Assembly (NCBI GenBank): GCA_023255435.1 | Contig: JALRIK010000001.1 | Location: forward strand, 61,368-125,367 | Source: Marivivens sp. | Lineage (GTDB): Bacteria; Pseudomonadota; Alphaproteobacteria; Rhodobacterales; Rhodobacteraceae | DNA length: 64,000 nucleotides | Direction: 5' to 3' | Shown here: positions 42,911 to 52,171 of the stretch, in pieces | Layout of the letters: every line of letters starts with the position of its first letter | How positions within the stretch are numbered: position 1 is the first letter of the stretch | Program-made: the position numbers and the translations under genes | Notes under the pieces: generated by a model | Database searches by the model: none | The model's input: only the letters and a program-made list of their open reading frames with translations | What the model was told of the DNA's origin: nothing

Positions 42911-44652
42911 CGCACGCTTCCTCCGGTGGAGTCCTGTTGGATGGTCTGATGGTTTTGGACCATTTGTTTAAGGACATCATCCCTTGGGCCAAAGCCGCGT
43001 CTAAGCCCGTCTTCGATCACCAAGAGTAAATCGCATTCCTGAATGGCTGCGGGTCGATGCGCCATGATGATCACTGCTTTGCCCGAGGCTTTGAGGGAAC
43101 GAATTGCCGCGTTGAGGGCCATGCTCCCTTCGTTGTCGAGATTGGAGTTTGGTTCGTCAAGGATCACGATCACAGGGTCATTATAAAGCGCCCGTGCAAG
43201 ACCGATGCGCTGGATCTGCCCACCCGAGAGGCTCCCTCCGCTTGCATTGATTTGCGTGTCATAGCCATTTGGAAGCCTGAGGATCATGTCGTGGGCCGCT
43301 GCCATCCGCGCCGCCGCGACGACTTTGCCCGCATCGGGCGTTTCGGACATCCGCGCAATATTTTCGGTGATCGACCCGTCAAAGAGCTGAATGCGCTGAG
43401 GCAGGTATCCGACGTATTGGCCCAAAACTTCGGGATCGTATTGATCGAGCGTCGCGTTATCGAGCCGGATCGTTCCCCCTGTTGGCGTCCAAGTGCCCAC
43501 AAGCGCCTTGGCAAGGGTCGTTTTCCCCGCGCCCGATGGCCCGATCACCCCCAACGCCTGCCCCTGGGTCAGTTCGAACGACAACATTCTTAAGGTTGGA
43601 GTCGCCTGACCGGGTGGAACGATCGTCAACTGGTTGACCGAAAGCTTGGCCTCAGGCGCGGGAAGGGGTGTTCGCTCTGCTGTATCGCGCGATACCGACA
43701 AAAGCCTCGTTAGATTGCCCCAACCGTCGATTGCTCGCTCGATCAAGGCCCATTGCGCGATTAGAAGTTCGATCGGCGCGAGGGCGCGGCCGAGAAGGAT
43801 CGAACCCGCGATCATTGCGCCTGCGGTCATTTCTCCCCTCAGCACCAGAAAGGCCCCAAGTCCCAACATGGCCGATTGCAGCATCAATCGCGCGCCGCGC
43901 GATCCGGCAGCGTAAAGCCCCGATGTATCCGAGAACGTCATTGTGGAAGCGAGCGATGCATTTCGCATCTTTGCCCAACGCCCCATGGTCGCGTTGGTCA
44001 TACCCAGTGAACGGATCTGTTCGGCACTTTCCTGAAGTGTCTGGTTATACCGTTCAGCGCGCGCCGCCGCCTCGGAGGCTAGGCTCGCGGTATCACGGGT
44101 GCGGGACTGATTGAGAATGGCGAGGACCATAAGCAATGCGGCCCCACCAACCGAGAGCCATCCAAGCCACGGGTGAAATATAAAAATCCCGACAAAGAAA
44201 ACAGGCATCCACGGCAGATCGAAAGCCGAAACAACAGCGGGAGAGGTCAGCGCCCGCTGCACCGCCTCAAGGTCACGAAGCCCACCTGATCCGCTGTTGC
44301 CCTTCAAAAGAGCCTGCTCCTGAACCGTGCGAAAGACGACCGGATCAAGCGTACTTTGAAAACGCGCCCCGACCCGAGCCATGATGCGACCGCGCACGTA
44401 ATCGAGTAGAGTCATGCAGAGGTAGAGAAATCCGACGATGATCGATAATGCGACCAGCGTCTCGACCGAGCGAGATCCCAGAACCCGGTCGTAAACGCTC
44501 AGCATATAGAGAGGTCCACTTAGCATAAGGACGTTCACGACAAGGCTGAATAGGGCAGCAGACCAGATCAACGCGCTGTTCTTGCGCATCGTGGCCATCA
44601 GGATTTGTTTGCCCTTGATCGTGGTTGCTTGCACTTGGGTCCCTGCACTCAT
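42907..44652 (-). CDS. Type I secretion ABC permease/ATPase (PrtD-like)
   Basis: LYML.VYDRVL.SRS, FDLPW, GPSGAGKT, LSGGQ.QRIGLARA, LDEPNSNLD. Confidence 0.95.
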   Translation of the reverse strand: MSAGTQVQATTIKGKQILMATMRKNSALIWSAALFSLVVNVLMLSGPLYMLSVYDRVLGSRSVETLVALSIIVGFLYLCMTLLDYVRGRIMARVGARFQSTLDPVVFRTVQEQALLKGNSGSGGLRDLEAVQRALTSPAVVSAFDLPWMPVFFVGIFIFHPWLGWLSVGGAALLMVLAILNQSRTRDTASLASEAAARAERYNQTLQESAEQIRSLGMTNATMGRWAKMRNASLASTMTFSDTSGLYAAGSRGARLMLQSAMLGLGAFLVLRGEMTAGAMIAGSILLGRALAPIELLIAQWALIERAIDGWGNLTRLLSVSRDTAERTPLPAPEAKLSVNQLTIVPPGQATPTLRMLSFELTQGQALGVIGPSGAGKTTLAKALVGTWTPTGGTIRLDNATLDQYDPEVLGQYVGYLPQRIQLFDGSITENIARMSETPDAGKVVAAARMAAAHDMILRLPNGYDTQINASGGSLSGGQIQRIGLARALYNDPVIVILDEPNSNLDNEGSMALNAAIRSLKASGKAVIIMAHRPAAIQECDLLLVIEDGLRRGFGPRDDVLKQMVQNHQTIQQDSTGGSVR

Positions 44653-44793
44653 TGAGGTGGTTTGAAGGTCTTTGAACTCACCCAAAAGGGTATCTCTCTA
44701 CTTCCTTATTGTAACGTTTACTTCCCTTGGCGTTACTGCAAAATGAATAACCCCAGATTAGAATTGTATGATTATTTTAGTCTTGAGGTTGAA

Positions 44794-45153
44794 ATGTCTG
44801 TCTTTGCTCGGTCGCTTTTGCTTCTGGTCCTTTTGCCCACGTCTCTTGCCGCTGCGGGGTTCGAGGGGCGTTATAAACAAGCTCTCACTTCTGATTGCTC
44901 CAAAGTCGGAGAGTCGGGTGGCGCGCTCGAGATCAAGAACGGCATTTTCTATGGTGTGCATAATCAATGCCGCATGACCCGCCCTGTTCAGGTCGTGAAT
45001 ATGGAGGCCTCTCTTTACACCATGCAGTGTTCGGGTGACGAGGATCAATGGACCGAACGTGCATTGCTGATGAAGTCCAATGATGTGGACGGCATCATCA
45101 TGGTTTGGGACGGCTATGCCTTTGTCTACGAGAAGTGCAGCGAGATCGAATGA
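44794..45153 (+). CDS. Small exported hypothetical protein with 4 Cys
   Basis: GAGG SD, signal peptide MSVFARSLLLLVLLPTSLAA, four Cys in the mature part. Confidence 0.75.
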   Translation: MSVFARSLLLLVLLPTSLAAAGFEGRYKQALTSDCSKVGESGGALEIKNGIFYGVHNQCRMTRPVQVVNMEASLYTMQCSGDEDQWTERALLMKSNDVDGIIMVWDGYAFVYEKCSEIE

Positions 45154-47304
45154 TCAATTTCCCGCAGCGCTTTGGAGCTCTTGAAGAAGGAGCTGGATCA
45201 GTTGATCCGCTTGATCTTCGCTCATGACCGCGCCCGCAGGTTCGCTTCCGTCGGGTGCCGTCATCGGGAGAGGCAGTGGAATCCGATCAGAGAGCACGCG
45301 GGACATCGTCTCGCGCCAAATCTCGGCAGGAAGTCCGCCACCCGTAACACCGCTGAGCGGCTTGTTGTCATCATAGCCCATCCAGACACCGGTCACGAAT
45401 TCGCCCGTAAACCCGATAAACCATGCATCGCGTGACGCCTGCGTGGTGCCCGACTTTCCCGCAATTTGCCAGCCATCGATACGCGCACGTTGGCCTGTGC
45501 CCTGTTCGATCACTTTGGACATCATCCAAGTGAGCTTTTTCGCCGAGTCGTCGCGAATGACGCGCTCACCAATCCCGCCGCCTTGACCGAAAATTGGCTC
45601 GCTCTCGCCTTGGAGGCGCAAGTCCACAAGCCCGTAAGGGGCAACCGATGACCCGCCGTTGAGGATGCCGGCATAGGCTGCGGTCATTTCGATCAGCGTG
45701 CTCTCGGACACGCCAAGAGCAAGGGCGGGACCATCTGCTAAATCACGATCAATGCCGAAACCTGTCGCTACGGATCGAACAGCTTCGCGCCCCACGGCCT
45801 CGGACAAAAGAACAGCGGGTATGTTCCTGCTCTCGTAGAGTGCTTGTGTGAGGGTGATGTTGCCTTTGAATTCGCGGTCATAGTTCTGGGGGCACCATTC
45901 CCCCGACCCCACGATATTGAGACAAAGCGGTTGGTCGTTGATCACTTCGAGCGGCGAGTGACCAAGCTCCAGCGCGGCGGCATAGACAAAGGGTTTGAAG
46001 AGTGACCCTGTCTGCCGCAGGGCCTGTGTTGCGCGGTTGAATGCGCCAGAGGCTTGAAGATTACGTCCACCGACCATTGCGCGAACCGCACCGTCTGCGG
46101 ACATGACAACGATTGCGGCCTGAGCTTCCGACCCTTCTTTGACTTTGTTTTCAAAGGTCCAGACCAGAGCCTCTTCCGCGGCGGCTTGGATCTTTTGGTC
46201 GAGCGTTGTGCGGATGATCACGTCTTCGGTGGTCGAGCGAGTAAAGAACTCGGGTCCGCTCTCCATGACCCAATCCGCAAAATAGCCGCCTGAACGTGCT
46301 TTGGCTGCTTCTGAGAGACCTGCCGGATTTTCGCGCGCATAGGCGGCTTCGGCGGCCGAGAGGTATCCTTGTTCTTCCATCAGGCCGATGACCACATTCG
46401 CGCGGTCCCAAGACCGTTGAAGATTAGACGTCGGCGCGTAAGTCGATGGCGCTTTCAAAAGACCTGCGAGGATAGCGGCTTGCGAGGCATCAACTTGGTT
46501 CGCCGATATCCCGAAATACCGCTGCGCCGCAGCTTCGAACCCGCGCGTGCCTGCGCCGAGATAGGCGCGATTGAGGTAAATCGTGAGGATTTCCTCTTTG
46601 GTATATTTGACCTCCATCGCCATCGCATAAATGGCTTCTTTGGCTTTGCGCCAAAGCGTGGAGCGGCGGCAGTCCGCTTCGTAATCGGCCTCGGTCTGCC
46701 AGACTTCGGGGTCATAGGGCGTGCCGATGCAGAGAAGTTTTGCCGTTTGTTGTGTGATGGTCGAGCCGCCGTTGCCCGAGAGGGGACCACGTCCCTCGCG
46801 CATATTGATCCGAATGGCCGATGCAATGCCGCGCGGCGAGAGACCGAAGTGCGAATAGAAACGTTTGTCCTCTGTTGCGACAACCGCATCATGTAGATAG
46901 GGCGAAACGGTATCGGCGGTGATCATCCCCCCGAATTGATCGCCCCGCCAAGCAAAGACTGTTCCGTTGCTATCAAGGAGCGTGACAGACCCACGCGCAC
47001 GCCCGTCCACCATTTCGGAAATCGGCGGCAAAGTTGTGGACATATAATAGACGCTGGCGCCTAAAATCAGCGCAAAGATCAAGCCGACGCGCCAGCTGAT
47101 CCCCCAGATTATGCGGAAAATGAATCGAACGATTCCCGTGAAAAGGCCGAGAATCAGCCCGATCGGTCCGCGCGGTTTGCGGGGCGATTTGCGAGCGGGC
47201 GCGCTCTTTTTTGCGGGTGCCGCTTTGGGTTTTGGGGCTTTGCCACTGGAATCGTAGCGTTTTTCAGCCACCAAAGGGGGGCTTTTGCGTCCCGGTCCTG
47301 CCAT
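45154..47304 (-). CDS. Class A penicillin-binding protein (transglycosylase/transpeptidase)
   Basis: ATEDKRFY.H, GGSTITQQ, RK.KE, YLNRAY; TP motifs SLFK, SRN, KSGT. Confidence 0.95.
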   Translation of the reverse strand: MAGPGRKSPPLVAEKRYDSSGKAPKPKAAPAKKSAPARKSPRKPRGPIGLILGLFTGIVRFIFRIIWGISWRVGLIFALILGASVYYMSTTLPPISEMVDGRARGSVTLLDSNGTVFAWRGDQFGGMITADTVSPYLHDAVVATEDKRFYSHFGLSPRGIASAIRINMREGRGPLSGNGGSTITQQTAKLLCIGTPYDPEVWQTEADYEADCRRSTLWRKAKEAIYAMAMEVKYTKEEILTIYLNRAYLGAGTRGFEAAAQRYFGISANQVDASQAAILAGLLKAPSTYAPTSNLQRSWDRANVVIGLMEEQGYLSAAEAAYARENPAGLSEAAKARSGGYFADWVMESGPEFFTRSTTEDVIIRTTLDQKIQAAAEEALVWTFENKVKEGSEAQAAIVVMSADGAVRAMVGGRNLQASGAFNRATQALRQTGSLFKPFVYAAALELGHSPLEVINDQPLCLNIVGSGEWCPQNYDREFKGNITLTQALYESRNIPAVLLSEAVGREAVRSVATGFGIDRDLADGPALALGVSESTLIEMTAAYAGILNGGSSVAPYGLVDLRLQGESEPIFGQGGGIGERVIRDDSAKKLTWMMSKVIEQGTGQRARIDGWQIAGKSGTTQASRDAWFIGFTGEFVTGVWMGYDDNKPLSGVTGGGLPAEIWRETMSRVLSDRIPLPLPMTAPDGSEPAGAVMSEDQADQLIQLLLQELQSAAGN

Positions 47305-47352
47305 TTGCCTGCTCTGCCGTTCATTTCATTTTTTGCCAGCATACTTGCTGCT

Positions 47353-47447
47353 CGCTCAAATGTTGAGCGCTTCTGAGCAGATACAACGCGTTTTTGTTCA
47401 GCTTATTTTTTAATCAAGTTGCACAATTTGTGCAAAATTTGTGCAAA
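47353..47447. promoter_or_regulatory. Palindromic operator-like sites upstream of glnK (NtrC-like candidates)
   Basis: CGCTCAAATGTTGAGCG (47353-47369), perfect TTGCACAATTTGTGCAA (47419-47435) and a tandem AATTTGTGCAAA repeat. Confidence 0.5.
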
Positions 47448-47568
47448 TAGTTGCGCAGTTCGTTCTCGGAAGCCTTGGGTTTTCTTGAGAACCCCCCTGA
47501 TTTCCGCGCTTCTACCACTGTGCACGGCCGAAGTTGGTCGTCCGGGAACAACTCGTAAGGGGAAGACA

Positions 47569-47907
47569 GTGAAACTCATCATCGCAACTATTAAGCCGTT
47601 CAAGCTGGAGGAGGTCCGCGAGGCTGTGACCGCCGCTGGCGTTCGCGGCATGATGGTGACCGAGATTAAGGGCTTTGGCTCGCAGTCCGGTCACACCGAA
47701 ATCTACCGTGGCGCTGAATATGCCGTGAACTTCGTTCCAAAGGTCAAGCTCGAGATTGTCGTGCCCGACAACATGGTAGAGCAGGTCGTTTCGACCATCG
47801 CGTCCACCGCCAAGACCGACAAAATCGGCGACGGTAAAATCTTTGTTCTCGATGTCGAGAGCGCTCTTCGTGTGCGCACCGGCGAAACCAACGACGACGC
47901 GCTCTAA
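47569..47907 (+). CDS. glnK: P-II nitrogen regulator
   Basis: 112 aa, IKPFKL, KGFG.Q.GHTEIYRGAEY, IGDGKIF, RVRTGE; directly upstream of amtB. Confidence 0.95.
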   Translation: MKLIIATIKPFKLEEVREAVTAAGVRGMMVTEIKGFGSQSGHTEIYRGAEYAVNFVPKVKLEIVVPDNMVEQVVSTIASTAKTDKIGDGKIFVLDVESALRVRTGETNDDAL

Positions 47908-47931
47908 GGCGTTCTCAGGGGAAGAAATCCA

Positions 47932-49266
47932 ATGAAACTCACGAAACTCCTCCCGGCCGCTGCGCTTGTTGCGCTACCGGTCATGGGCTTTGCTCAGGAA
48001 GCCGAAGCTGTTGCTGGCGTCGACGCTTCGACTGACTCGATGTTCATCTTCAACTCGCTTCTGTTCCTTATCGGCGGCTTCCTTGTGTTCTGGATGGCAG
48101 CTGGCTTTGCGATGCTCGAAGCCGGTCTTGTCCGCACCAAGAACGTAGCGATGCAGCTCACCAAGAACGTTGCACTCTTTTCGCTTGCTGCGATCTTCTA
48201 CTACCTCATCGGTTACAACCTGATGTATCCGCTCGGCACCTGGTCGATTGACGGCGTCCTCTCGGGCGTTTGGTCCACCGCCGCTCTTGAAGCGGTCGGC
48301 GTGGCACGTGATGGTGCCGACGACTATGGCTATGCATCGACTGGCTCGGACTTCTTCTTCCAGCTTATGTTCTGTGCGACCACGGCTTCGATCGTTTCGG
48401 GCACCCTCGCAGAGCGTATCAAGCTGTGGCCCTTCCTCGCCTTTACCGTTGTTCTGACCGCTATCATCTATCCGCTTCAGGCATCGTGGAAGTGGGGCGG
48501 CGGTTTCCTTGACGCAGCTGGTTTCCTCGACTTCGCTGGTTCGACCGTTGTTCACTCGGTTGGTGGCTGGGCTGCTCTTGCTGGTGTTCTCATCCTTGGT
48601 CCGCGTATCGGCAAGTACAAAGATGGCCGCATCAACCCGATCCCTGGCTCGAACCTGTCGCTTGCTACTCTCGGCACATTCATCCTCTGGCTCGGTTGGT
48701 TCGGCTTCAACGGCGCATCCCAGCTCGCAATGGGCACTGTAGGTGACGTAGCTGACATCTCCCGTATCTTTGCAAACACCAACGCTGCTGCTGCAGGTGG
48801 TTCGGTTGCCGCAATGATCCTGACCCAGCTTCTCTACAAGAAGGTCGACCTTACCATGGTTCTCAACGGTGCACTGGCTGGTCTCGTTTCGATCACCGCT
48901 GAACCGCTGACCCCGACCCTTGGCGCAGCTACCTTGATCGGTGCATTCGGCGGTATTCTTGTGGTTCTCGTTGTTCCGATGCTCGACAAGCTCAAGATCG
49001 ACGACGTTGTCGGCGCGATCCCCGTGCACCTTGTCTGCGGTATTTACGGCACCATCGCAGTGGCCTTTACCAACTCCGATGCTTCCTTCGGCACTCAGCT
49101 CTACGGTATCGTTGTCGTCGGCATCTTCACCTTCGTCGTCTCCTCGGTTCTCTGGTTCATCCTCAAAGTCACCATGGGTATCCGCGTCAGCGAAGAGGAC
49201 GAGATCAACGGTCTCGACAAGGCGGAGCTTGGTATGGAAGCCTATCCCGAGTTCTCGAAAGGCTAA
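47932..49266 (+). CDS. amtB: Ammonium transporter
   Basis: MAAGFAMLEAG, DFAGSTVVH, LWLGWFGFN, IDDVVGAIPVH. Confidence 0.97.
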   Translation: MKLTKLLPAAALVALPVMGFAQEAEAVAGVDASTDSMFIFNSLLFLIGGFLVFWMAAGFAMLEAGLVRTKNVAMQLTKNVALFSLAAIFYYLIGYNLMYPLGTWSIDGVLSGVWSTAALEAVGVARDGADDYGYASTGSDFFFQLMFCATTASIVSGTLAERIKLWPFLAFTVVLTAIIYPLQASWKWGGGFLDAAGFLDFAGSTVVHSVGGWAALAGVLILGPRIGKYKDGRINPIPGSNLSLATLGTFILWLGWFGFNGASQLAMGTVGDVADISRIFANTNAAAAGGSVAAMILTQLLYKKVDLTMVLNGALAGLVSITAEPLTPTLGAATLIGAFGGILVVLVVPMLDKLKIDDVVGAIPVHLVCGIYGTIAVAFTNSDASFGTQLYGIVVVGIFTFVVSSVLWFILKVTMGIRVSEEDEINGLDKAELGMEAYPEFSKG

Positions 49267-49295
49267 GTTCCTTCCACTTGGCACTTCAATCACTT

Positions 49296-49322
49296 GCCCG
49301 GGCGTTCGCGCCCGGGTTTTTT
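49296..49322 (+). terminator. Terminator after amtB
   Basis: GCCCGGGCG-TTCG-CGCCCGGGT plus T tract. Confidence 0.85.
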
Positions 49323-49342
49323 GTTGTCGTCGCTGCGCAAAG

Positions 49343-49370
49343 AAAAAGGGCGGGGAAATCCCCGCCCTTT
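49343..49370 (-). terminator. Terminator after tyrB
   Basis: AAAAAGGGCGGGGA-AA-TCCCCGCCCTTT. Confidence 0.8.
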
Positions 49371-49390
49371 GCTATTGGATCGCGGTTGCC

Positions 49391-50575
49391 TTAGACGCCG
49401 GCGTCGATGATTGCCTTTGCCAGAAGCGGCACGGTTCCGGTGTTGAGCCCCGCGATATTCATGCGGCTGTCAGACACCATGTAGATGCCGTTGTTGGCAC
49501 GCATCGTTTCGACCTTGTCGGGGGTCGTGCCGATACGGCTGAACATACCGCGGTGATGCGCGATGAAATCAAAGCGATCCGAGTTGGACAGGCGGCGCAG
49601 CTCGTCTGCAAGCTGCGTGCGAAGTCCAAGCATCGTGTTGCGCACCTCTTCGAGTTCCGCTTCCCAGTCTGCACGCAGTTCCGGCGTGGTCAGAATGGTG
49701 GTGACGACGCGCGCGCCGTGATCCGGCGGGAACGAGAAGTTCTGACGGTTCAGGAAGTTCATATTCTGCTGAGCTAGCTTGGTCTGGCCTGCATCGCGGG
49801 CGATCGCCATCAGGATGCCAGTGCGCTCGCGGTAGATGCCGAAGTTCTTGGAGCACGAAGCTGCAATAAGGCATTCGTCCACACCGGCAGCAACAAGACG
49901 GGTTGCGGCGGCATCTGCCTCGAGACCGTCACCAAAGCCCTGATAGGCGATGTCCACCAGCGGCACTGCACCTTTTGCTTTGATCAAAGCAATGGTCTCT
50001 TTCCATTGCTCGTCGTTCAGGTTCGCGCCGGTCGGGTTGTGACAGCAGCCGTGAAGCAGAACAACGTCGCCCTCTTTAAGTGCGCCGAGGTCGGCAATCA
50101 TGCCGTCGAAATCGACGCCGCGGGTCGCTTCGTCAAAGTAACGGTATTCGGCCATTTTCATGCCGAGATATTTGATGATCGACGGATGGTTCGGCCAAGT
50201 CGGAGCGGAAAGCCAGACCGTGGCTTCGGGCGAGGCAAGGCGGATGAGTTCCAAAGCCTGACGGATCGCGCCAGTACCGCCGGGGGTGGCGACGGCTGCA
50301 ACGCGTTCGCGGGCAACCGCGCCATCGAGAACGAGTCCGATCATCGCGTCGGAAAAGGCGGGATCACCCGCAAGGCCGACATAGGATTTGGTGGCCTGTG
50401 TTTCGAGAAGGATCTCTTCCGCCGCTTTCACAGCGCGCATGACGGGGGTGTTGCCCGTCGGGTCTTTGTAGACACCAACGCCAAGGTCGATCTTGTCCGT
50501 GCGCGGGTCCTCACGGAAGGTTTGCATCAGCATGAGGATTTTGTCTGCGGGTTGTTCTTTGAGATGCTCGAGCAT
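49391..50575 (-). CDS. tyrB: Aromatic amino acid/aspartate aminotransferase
   Basis: KIDLGVGVY, PGGTGA, PTWPNH, HGCCHNPTG, DIAYQGFG, SCSKNFGIY.ER. Confidence 0.92.
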   Translation of the reverse strand: MLEHLKEQPADKILMLMQTFREDPRTDKIDLGVGVYKDPTGNTPVMRAVKAAEEILLETQATKSYVGLAGDPAFSDAMIGLVLDGAVARERVAAVATPGGTGAIRQALELIRLASPEATVWLSAPTWPNHPSIIKYLGMKMAEYRYFDEATRGVDFDGMIADLGALKEGDVVLLHGCCHNPTGANLNDEQWKETIALIKAKGAVPLVDIAYQGFGDGLEADAAATRLVAAGVDECLIAASCSKNFGIYRERTGILMAIARDAGQTKLAQQNMNFLNRQNFSFPPDHGARVVTTILTTPELRADWEAELEEVRNTMLGLRTQLADELRRLSNSDRFDFIAHHRGMFSRIGTTPDKVETMRANNGIYMVSDSRMNIAGLNTGTVPLLAKAIIDAGV

Positions 50576-51441
50576 CAGGCTTCTCCGGTTGCAATGGGAA
50601 GATCGGCATACATGCCCCATTCGGACCATGAGCCGTCATAAAGAGAGTGGTCGGTCTTGCCGATCCGCTCCAGAGCGAGCGAAAGCACGGCTGCCGTGAC
50701 CCCCGACCCGCAGGTGGTAATGGCTGGCTTGGACAAATCCACACCCGCCGCTTCGAAAATGGTGCGCAACTCTTCGACGGGCTTCATCGTGCCGTCTGCG
50801 TTGAGAAGCGATTTGTAAAAGACGTTGCGAGCATTGGGGATGTGCCCCGAACGAAGCCCTTCACGGGGCTCGGGAGCCTCGCCGCGAAACCGCTCGGGTG
50901 CGCGGGCATCAATGATGGCATGGTCGTCAAGCTTTGATGCGCGTGCCACTTGGGTCACGTCCTTGACCATGTGGTTCTGGCGATCCACGATCATATGGCG
51001 ATCGCGGATGATCGGCTCGGCATCGGTGGTTTTACGACCCTCGGCCTTCCATTTCGGAAGACCCCCATCGAGAACAGCAACCTTGGTTTGGCCCATCAAA
51101 CGAAAGAGCCACCAGACCCGCGCAGCCGAGAAAAGCCCCGACCCATCATAGACCACAACCTGATGCCCGTCGCCGATGCCCATGGCGCGCATACGGCTCA
51201 TGAACTTTTCGACGGGCGGCACCATGTGCGGCAGGTCCGAACGCAGGTCGCTGATTTCGTCGATATCGAAAAAACGCGCACCCGGAATGTGCTCGGCGTC
51301 ATATTCGGCCTTGGGATCACGATTCTGGGTCGGCAAATACCACGACGCATCGAGAATCCTGAGGTCGGGGTCCTTGAGATTATCTTCGAGCCACTGGGTA
51401 GATACCAGAGTCTTCGGGTCGTCTTGGAACTTGCTTGCCAT
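50575..51441 (-). CDS. sseA: 3-mercaptopyruvate sulfurtransferase
   Basis: HIPGA.FFD, AARVWW, LDGG, GHIP, active loop CGSGVT, LYDGSWSEW. Confidence 0.95.
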   Translation of the reverse strand: MASKFQDDPKTLVSTQWLEDNLKDPDLRILDASWYLPTQNRDPKAEYDAEHIPGARFFDIDEISDLRSDLPHMVPPVEKFMSRMRAMGIGDGHQVVVYDGSGLFSAARVWWLFRLMGQTKVAVLDGGLPKWKAEGRKTTDAEPIIRDRHMIVDRQNHMVKDVTQVARASKLDDHAIIDARAPERFRGEAPEPREGLRSGHIPNARNVFYKSLLNADGTMKPVEELRTIFEAAGVDLSKPAITTCGSGVTAAVLSLALERIGKTDHSLYDGSWSEWGMYADLPIATGEA

Positions 51442-51584
51442 GGGAATCCCCTTTGGGGCCTGCTTCAAAAGCCTTGTGGATCGGCGGCGTGTCTAACGCG
51501 GTAAGCCCTTGCTGGCAAGGGAAACAGCCCGTGATCTGAGCGAAGTTGACGCGTGGGGCTAACGTGTCGCAACCCAAGCGCGGA

Positions 51585-52061
51585 TCAATCCCCGTGACGC
51601 AAAAGACGCTGCTTTTGGCGCGCCCAGTCTCTCTTGGCTTCGGTTTCGCGTTTGTCGTGGTTTTTCTTACCCTTAGCGACCCCGATCTTGAGTTTTACCA
51701 GACCGCGATCGTTGAAATACATCACGATAGGAACGAGCGTCATGCCTTCGCGCTGGGTGGCATTCCAGAGGCGCGAAAGCTCTTTGCGGCTCACCAACAG
51801 CTTGCGTTTGCGCCGTTCTTCGTGGCCCCATGTTTTGGCTTGCTCATATGGCGCGATATACCCGTTGATCAGCCAAAGCTCGCCGTTCTCGACCGAGGCA
51901 TAACTTTCGGCGATATTCGACTGCCCCACGCGAAGCGATTTGACTTCGGAACCCATGAGAATGATCCCGACCTCAAGGTCGCTTTCGATAGCGTAGTCAT
52001 AGCGGGCACGCCTGTTTTCGGCGATGACCTTGTAATTCTTGTTTTCGGGTTTCTTGGCCAT
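51585..52061 (-). CDS. smpB: SsrA-binding protein
   Basis: [31 protein letters not shown]. Confidence 0.98.
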   Translation of the reverse strand: MAKKPENKNYKVIAENRRARYDYAIESDLEVGIILMGSEVKSLRVGQSNIAESYASVENGELWLINGYIAPYEQAKTWGHEERRKRKLLVSRKELSRLWNATQREGMTLVPIVMYFNDRGLVKLKIGVAKGKKNHDKRETEAKRDWARQKQRLLRHGD

Positions 52062-52071
52062 AGTAGGTTCC

Positions 52072-52100
52072 AGATAGGTGAGGATACCCAAAGGAGCAAG
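52072..52100 (-). promoter_or_regulatory. RpoH-like promoter upstream of smpB
   Basis: CTTG-N18-CCTATCT, close to the alphaproteobacterial RpoH consensus CTTGAA-N16-CCTATAT. Confidence 0.45.
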
Positions 52101-52171
52101 GTGTCGCGTTGCCTCTGGTCAAAGCTTGGCGGCAGGTTAGACTTCGGCGCAACACAAAACGGAGCATTTCC

